A program made the translations under genes and the position numbers. DNA of 57,901 bases, counting the filler, from Catajapyx aquilonaris (lineage: Eukaryota): assembly GCA_000934665.2 (NCBI GenBank). It is 3 parts of 3 records of this genome, joined end to end, with 100 filler letters (N's around TTAATTAATTAA, not from the genome) between each part and the next. Parts side by side here need not be neighbours in the genome. Positions count along the whole stretch, not along the records: positions 38,659 to 57,901 come from JYFJ02006509.1; 2 more parts are not named here. One strand, given 5' to 3'. Position 1 is the first letter of the stretch. Each line of letters starts with the position of its first letter. Positions 51,901 through 57,901 of this stretch are shown here, piece by piece. The notes beneath the pieces are model-generated. The model searched no databases, was not told where the DNA came from, and saw only the letters and a list, made by a program, of their open reading frames with translations.

Positions 51901-52220
51901 CCAACTATGAACATGCCTGAAAATGTTCCACCATATATGGATTCTCCTCCAGTTCCATTTCCTGATGTAAAATCTCCTCCTTGGATCATGAAACCTTTGA
52001 CCACACGATGAAAAACGCTTCCCTTGTAATAAAGTGCCTTTTGGGAGGACTTGCTAAGACCCCTTTCTCCAGTGCACAGGGCTTTGAAGTTCTCACATGT
52101 AATAGGGCATGTGTCATAATAAAGTTCAAAGACAATTCGTCCCACAGGTACTTTCCCAATCTCAATGTCAAAAAAACATTGAGGGGAGCTTTGCAGGGGA
52201 TCATCCATTATGACTTGCAT
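42908..52220 (-). CDS. Cyclophilin-type peptidyl-prolyl isomerase, PPIG/NKTR/Moca-cyp-like; 5' part only
   Basis: Coding exons 52220-51917, 43277-43190, 42937-42908 join to CFFDIEIG...GRIVFELY...[10 protein letters not shown]...[15 protein letters not shown]...[51 protein letters not shown]. Later exons not found in this contig. Start may be the ATG at 52208 instead. Confidence 0.88.
43524..44880. mobile_element. Academ-type non-autonomous element with ~550-bp inverted arms
   Basis: TAT|TAGTCCGGACGTTAAGGG...CCCTTAACGTCCGGACTA|TAT; internal subrepeats. Confidence 0.8.
45828..47032. mobile_element. Tigger/pogo-type MITE
   Basis: TA|CAGTAAAACTTCTATAAGTCGAA...TTCGACTTATAGAAGTTTTACTG|TA. Confidence 0.85.
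46365..46975. mobile_element. Almost fully palindromic Tc1/mariner-type MITE
   Basis: TA|CAGaGTGTATCAG...CTGATACACCCTG|TA; ~290-bp inverted arms. Confidence 0.85.
47973..48399. mobile_element. Palindromic TTAA-flanked MITE
   Basis: TTAA|AAGGGCCGGGTCATTAG...CTAATGACCCGGCCCTC|TTAA; ~150-bp inverted arms. Confidence 0.8.
49426..49680. mobile_element. hAT (Charlie-type) MITE
   Basis: Perfect 8-bp TSD GCATAGAG; TIR CAGTGGTTCCCAAAC. Confidence 0.92.
49878..50158. mobile_element. piggyBac-type MITE (inverted homologue of 7676-7947)
   Basis: TTAA|CCCTGGAACCGTG...ACGGTTCTAGGG|TTAA. Confidence 0.85.
50738..50860 (+). mobile_element. PHD-finger remnant (pogo-type transposase C-terminus)
   Basis: [26 protein letters not shown]. 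Confidence 0.5.
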
Positions 52221-52294
52221 GATGAGTGAACTGCAATAAAAATAAATCAATAAATACATGAATAAATAATATATTGAAGACCACAATTCAATAA

Positions 52295-54063
52295 TAGTCC
52301 AGGAGAGATACGAAAAAAATAGCCCTAACCCCCAAAAATTGCAATAGAATTGAATTTTTCACCATCGCGTGCAGAAAAATGTGGAGAACAACATAATATC
52401 CAAAATCCAACGCAATCGGAGCACGGGAAACCGCCGCCATATTGGAAAAATGGCGGTGAAAATAGGTTTTTTGAATTTATCTCGTATATGGCTGCGTGTA
52501 TGTGAATGTATGTAGGTAACAAGGTGAAAGACTGCACTGTTTTACACATATTCGATCCCTATCATTTTCGTGTAGAGGTTATCGCTACAAAGATACCGCC
52601 TATTACATTGACGCCATAGTCCAGGAGAGATAAAGGAATCCCAAAGAAGAGCAACAAAATTTATTTTTCACCATCGTGTTCGCAAAAGGAAATGTGCAGA
52701 ATGACATATCCAAAAGCCCACACGAATTAGTGCTAGGAAAACCGCCGCCATCTTGAAAAATGGCGGCTAAAGTAGATTTTCTATATTTATCTCGTAATTC
52801 AATTGGAAGTGCAATGTACCCTGTAGTTAACAAATGAAGGGGTCGGTGCAATACTGCCCTAAGCCTCCCAAATCTGATGTTGAGAATACTGAAGTTGAAA
52901 GTTTGAGATGACCCATAAATCACATTTTCCATAGGACAATTTTCATATCTCCCCCAATATACAAGGCACTAATAAGGAACATTTACGTGCTATTATGATG
53001 ATGATGATGCACCACCCACTCTAAGAATGAACAAAATAAGGTGGCCGCGTGTGAAAAAAAGGGTTAGGGCAGTATTGCACCCAACTTGTAATGCGAACTA
53101 AATTTTGGTCAAGAACGTATCACAAGCTTCACTAGTTGGTTTAGTGATCATATAAATTATATCAAATAAACTGTCGTGAGATGAGGAACATTTTGGTGGC
53201 ATCGGGTATAACCTAGATTATAAAATAAAAATGCTAAAAAAAATCGCATTATTGTTCAAAACGGACACATTTCATATGGTCCAATGTCATTGCAAAACAC
53301 ATGCTAAGCTTGTGGAATGGTAGGTATACATTGTCATCTGATCATTACTATACTGTCGAAGGACAACATCACAGGTCAAGCAGTCTTGGAAATAAATATG
53401 AAATGTCTGTTTTCCACTAATTTGGTCATCTTTGGGGTCATTTTCTCAATGTGGGGCTGGGTTTAAGTTACCAGAAGCGTCTTTTCATGCATAACATAGT
53501 GGTATAAGAACTGTTCACTTACCATAAATGGTTCACTTGCAAAATCAAATAACGTGGAGAAGCCTATAGAGGGCTTTTCCGGACATTTCATGATTTATTA
53601 TGTCTGAGTCTGATTGACCTTGATGTTGCCCTACAGTAGTAATGATCAGATGAGCTTTTGGATATGTCATTCTGCACATTTCCTTTTGCGAACACGATGG
53701 TGAAAAATTAATTTTTGTTGCACTTCTTTGGGATTCCTTTCTCTCTCCTGGACTATGGTGTCAATGTAATAGGATGTATCTTTGTAGCGATAACCTCTAC
53801 AAGAAAATGATAGGGATCGAATATGTGTAAAACAGGTCAGTCTTTCACTTTGTTATCTACATACATTCACATACGCAGCCATATACGAGATAAATTCAAA
53901 AAACCTATTTTCCCCGCCATTTTTCCAATATGGCGGCGGTTTCCCGTGCTCCAATTGCGTTGGATTTTGGATATGTTGTTCTCCACATTTTTCTGCACAC
54001 GATGGTGAAAAATTCGATTCTATTGCAATTTTTTTGACCCCAAACCGTATTTTTCCTGGACTA
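52295..54063. mobile_element. Academ-type non-autonomous element with ~400-bp inverted arms
   Basis: TAA|TAGTCCAGGA...TCCTGGACTA|TAA; arms about 52335-52715 versus 53655-54040. Confidence 0.8.
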
Positions 54064-54143
54064 TAAGGGCCCAATTGTGAAAATCGAAAATGTCCAGGAA
54101 GCGAAAAATACAATTTATTTCTGTTTCTGCTCATGGTAGGCAA

Positions 54144-54510
54144 TCTATATAAATAAAGCCGTTTGTGAGTCTGTCGTCTCTGCCCGTCTGTCCGCCTGCC
54201 AACCGTCATTTGCCTGCCATCTGTCGTCCAGGTGGGAAGGACGGGAGGGGTTGCAGCTGAGGTGGGATTAGAGTACATCCCGATTGTCAGCAGGTGGGGC
54301 GAGGGAGCGCCGGCTATGCTATTGTTCTCCGGCCGCTTCATGAGGAGCAGATGGACAAGGTCGCACGTGCAAAAGTCGACTTTTTGCCAAGTCCAAAACG
54401 GCTGGGAAAACTCTCATGGCGGCTCTCTGCGTGACAATTTTGACGGGGCTACTGGCAGATGTTTTCCTTTCATTCATTTCTTCCCGGGCAACGCTGGGTG
54501 CCGCATCTAG
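54144..54510 (+). mobile_element. Non-autonomous Helitron, inside a small inverted-repeat element at about 54068-54636
   Basis: A|TCTATATAAATAAAG 5' end, subterminal hairpin CCCGGGCAACGCTGGG, CTAG|T 3' end. Confidence 0.75.
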
Positions 54511-55172
54511 TTGTGCTCTAAACCTAATGACAGATATAATTATACAACATGAATACCTGACAGCATTTTCATTGAAATGTCCATGTACCGCAATTTATAT
54601 TTTATTTAAATACTTTTAATGCTCACAATTGGGCCCTTCTTGCATTGTACAATTCCTTTGGCTTAAGTATGGTGAAATAAACGGTCTATATATTTAAAAT
54701 CGTAGTGCTCATGTTTGGGCGAGCCACCTCTCCATTGGCCTGCGTTCTAATCATGCGCAATGGGGTGTAAACAACTCCTCTGTTGAGTTGCCATCTCACC
54801 CAGGGTAAACAGAAGGAAGGGTAGCGCCGTTAGGGGCCTCACCAATTATCGCGCAGCAGTATGTGACATCACCCAGATGACAAAATCTCCCGCTTATTAT
54901 GAAAGACATGCTCTGGGCATGGGGAAACGGGCTTTGTGCCTGCAATTTGAGACGTATAACTCGAGTTACGTGCCAGTGTACATTACGCTGCATTCTGGTT
55001 GGGGGGATGTGCCCAGTACTCACACATCACTGTCGCCCACCACCGGGGTGCAAACGCCCTGGTTGGACCCGCTTCCTTGGCTCGCCTCACCCCGCCACTT
55101 GCCTGTCCTTCTAGTCCGACATGTGTTATTTTTTTATTTTTTTTGACGGAATGATGCACTTCGAGCCTAACA

Positions 55173-55317
55173 GGCCGTTTTCTCGAACAGTGGTTCAAAT
55201 GTAAACCCGGTTCAAAGCCGGTTTAAACCCTTGACAACAGCCTAACAACAATCAAATCAGGGATTAAACTGGCTTTGAACCCGGTTTACATTTGAACCAC
55301 TGTTCGAGAAAACGGCC
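55173..55317. mobile_element. Palindromic Harbinger-like MITE
   Basis: GGCCGTTTTCTCGAACAGTGGTTCAAATGTAAACC...GGTTTACATTTGAACCACTGTTCGAGAAAACGGCC. Confidence 0.75.
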
Positions 55318-56204
55318 ATAAATCAATTTTTTACCACATTCCGGGCACCTTATGGAGTTTTCCCAGGGTTAGACCAACTACCAAAAGTTTCCGGTAATTT
55401 TTGTACAGCCACGCAAAGTTGTAAAAACGGCGTAAGGGAAAATCTCGTGTTTACGTCACATATGATGGGGTGCAGTAGTCATGGCGGTGTCATTACCTAA
55501 GTTTTCATGGTAGAGGAACTCAATTCTGACATTTCCAAATCCCTCAGAGGCCAACTTTCGTTGTGCGGAGTGCATGAGTTCCAATCGGAGCTGGCTGTCG
55601 TCTACCGCCATCCACGTCTTCTGCGATGATGATAAAATTAAGATGTTTGCACATTTTACAGTGTTATGGTGTTTCAATGACCCCATCTGGAGTAAATCAA
55701 ACAGTAACTGACCATTCCCTATCGTATTGCATCCTGTTGGAATTGCCCCGTATGCAGCAATTTCAACACTTGCTGGGGAAAATTGTTACATGTTTTCTCT
55801 GCTATTTTCCTTTTAACATAAAATAAGCAACGAGCTGAAAAGAGAAGAGTTTCTTACTAGCGATGTACGCTGTACTCCCGATTATCCGTGTTTTGGATTA
55901 TCCGGGCATCGTCAAAACAAAACAAGTCCAGAAAATGTCGATATTTCTTGCAAACAAAGAAATTTAACAGACTTTTCTAGAAGGGAAACTAAAGATCCAT
56001 GGGAAGTTTTATTATTTTTATTAAACCTGATTTAAAGCAGCATACACTATGTAGCCTACAGTACAGTAGTAGACATTAAAAGAGTGTAAGTTACATCAAA
56101 AACCTGTGAATAGCTTATTATTACTATGTCTATGACCATTTTCCGATAGTTTTCTGATTATCCGGCGACATCCGTGCAGTCATTAGCCAGGATAAATTGG
56201 AGTA

Positions 56205-57123
56205 AGGTGAGTCGGGGTAAGTGCGACCCTGTTTTACATAGGTTGACTTTGGGTGAAGATTGTGCCGCTCAGGAAGCTGTAAAAAAGCTTAACTTACAAC
56301 CACGTGCAGAGTAACTAATTCTCTTTTAGTGATCACAGAATCAATAGGGTATGGTTTTGCAATTGTCTGAAAATAATTTATTCCCAAAACTGTGTCATGG
56401 ATTTGGCACTTGCCCCGATGTGGGGTAAGTGGGACTACTGGCCTTATCTTTGAAGGAGAGCATCGGGTGAGGGAAATGAGGTAAGTCGCTACTAGGGTAG
56501 CAGTATACCTTTCTAGAGTTCTTTTCCGAACCAAAATACCTTTTCCCAGTGTCAAATTATCAACTTTCAATGAAAATCTGCAAGACGTAAGACATGAGTA
56601 TGCCCATGAGGAGAAAAAGTCCCCAAGTTACATAGCATGAGTTGACATGTGAATAAAATAAGTTAGTATGTGTCAGAAGTGATTCTTCAGTAAACGGAAT
56701 GCCGCACTCACACATTTAGCACACATTTAAACTTGAAAAATCCAGTCCAAATAGTAATGTTCCACCTCTGCGGTTTTCCTATAGGGCTCACTTGCCCCAG
56801 TGTCACATTGTCATGGGGCAACTGTGACCTAGGCAAATGCTTCATAACTATGCAAAAATATAACACCCAGTATGTTGAAGTGCACCTACAGAAAATATCT
56901 TCTGAAGTTAGTCGATCTTCTTCTGAAGGTGAGATGTGAGGGTCGCGAGTTCCGCCTCCGTCATAGCCACACAATGCCAGTAACGAGGGAAAATGTTTTT
57001 GCCCTACGTTGACCGAGGTCAGGACAATCATATGGGGGTGTCGCGAAAAGTGCTCCCATACCATGGCATGATTTTTTCCCGAAGTCGCACTTACCCCTTT
57101 TCGGCACTTGCCCCGACTCGCCT
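56205..57123. mobile_element. pogo-like MITE inserted in the end of a Tigger-like element
   Basis: TA|AGGTGAGTCGGGGTAAGTGCG...GCACTTGCCCCGACTCGCCT|TA. Confidence 0.7.
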
Positions 57124-57301
57124 TACTCGTACACAGTGTAATTTTTAGATTCCATTTTGTACAGTTTTGTTGCAGTGTATCAGAAACGACAGAAGTTTCT
57201 ATTATTTTGTTGTTGGAATTACTCAATTTTATCCAAGTAATTTTTATAAATGGTGTACTGGATACTCCTAAGTTTACAAAACATTAATATTCCTTGTGGT
57301 A

Positions 57302-57530
57302 GGGGAGGCGGAGTGGCGCAACGGTAACGTTCGCGCCCACGGATGTTAAGGTCCCGGGTTCGATCCCAACCCGGGACACCCCCTTCATCTCATGCAGAGT
57401 AAAGTGTCGTCTCTGACTTCGTCTCGGGTGGAATATCCACAGACTAATCCACCCAGGGGAGCTCACAAAACGACCACATGTGGACAAGGCACTGCACTTG
57501 CACATCCCCTCCTGTCATCCCTTCCTGCCC
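57302..57530 (+). mobile_element. tRNA-derived SINE (same family as 6499)
   Basis: A-box TGGCGCAACGG, B-box GGTTCGATCC; shared body agactaa.ccaccc.ggggag.tcacaaaa.gacc...tgcacatcccctcct. Confidence 0.75.
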
Positions 57531-57638
57531 GTGGGCCCGGGCGCTGTATAAATAGGATCCAATATATTGTATTCTGACGATTAATAAAAGGTCCGGCAAG
57601 ACCCCAATAGGGGTACGCCTATACCCAATTTTATATAT

Positions 57639-57901
57639 ACAGGGTGTTTATTGTAACTCTGCAAAGACTTTCAGGGGTAATAGAGGGGACCAAGACAAGT
57701 ATTTTTGACATAGGAACCCGTGTCCGGAAACGCCATCTAGAGGGGGTTCATAGACAAGGAACGGGCGCGCTCGGATGCGTCAGGCGAGAGGCGCTAGGCG
57801 AGCAGACTGTTTTGTTGATAGATGGCGCTCGGATAGTAACCAACGATGCGATGTGCCATAACCTGGCAACAGCAGAGCCATCTAGCAACTTAAGTCCGCC
57901 T
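57639..57901. mobile_element. Tc1/mariner-type element end, truncated by the window edge
   Basis: TA|CAGGGTGT terminus. Confidence 0.45.

Overview
Animal (arthropod-like, probably insect) nuclear DNA, not prokaryotic. The window is three separate contigs of near-identical length (1-19232, 19333-38558, 38659-57901) joined by artificial N44-TTAATTAATTAA-N44 spacers, so adjacency across the gaps carries no biological meaning. Contig 1 holds a short AN1 zinc-finger gene (+), the 3' seven coding exons of a NOL4/NOL4L homologue (-), a defective tRNA-Ala, SINEs and MITEs. Contig 3 holds the first three coding exons of a PPIG/Moca-cyp-like cyclophilin (-), whose 8.6-kb GC-AG intron is a nest of inverted-repeat non-autonomous DNA transposons. 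Contig 2 is the most unusual part. I found no host gene in it, only a dense mosaic of short (0.1-1.8 kb), directly abutting fragments from about 12 transposon superfamilies. By my reading 21 of 22 strand-assignable fragments lie on the minus strand, with fold-back hairpins at some junctions. This architecture resembles a uni-strand (flamenco-like) piRNA cluster, but one built mostly from DNA transposons. All family calls come from motifs recognised by eye; no searches were run.
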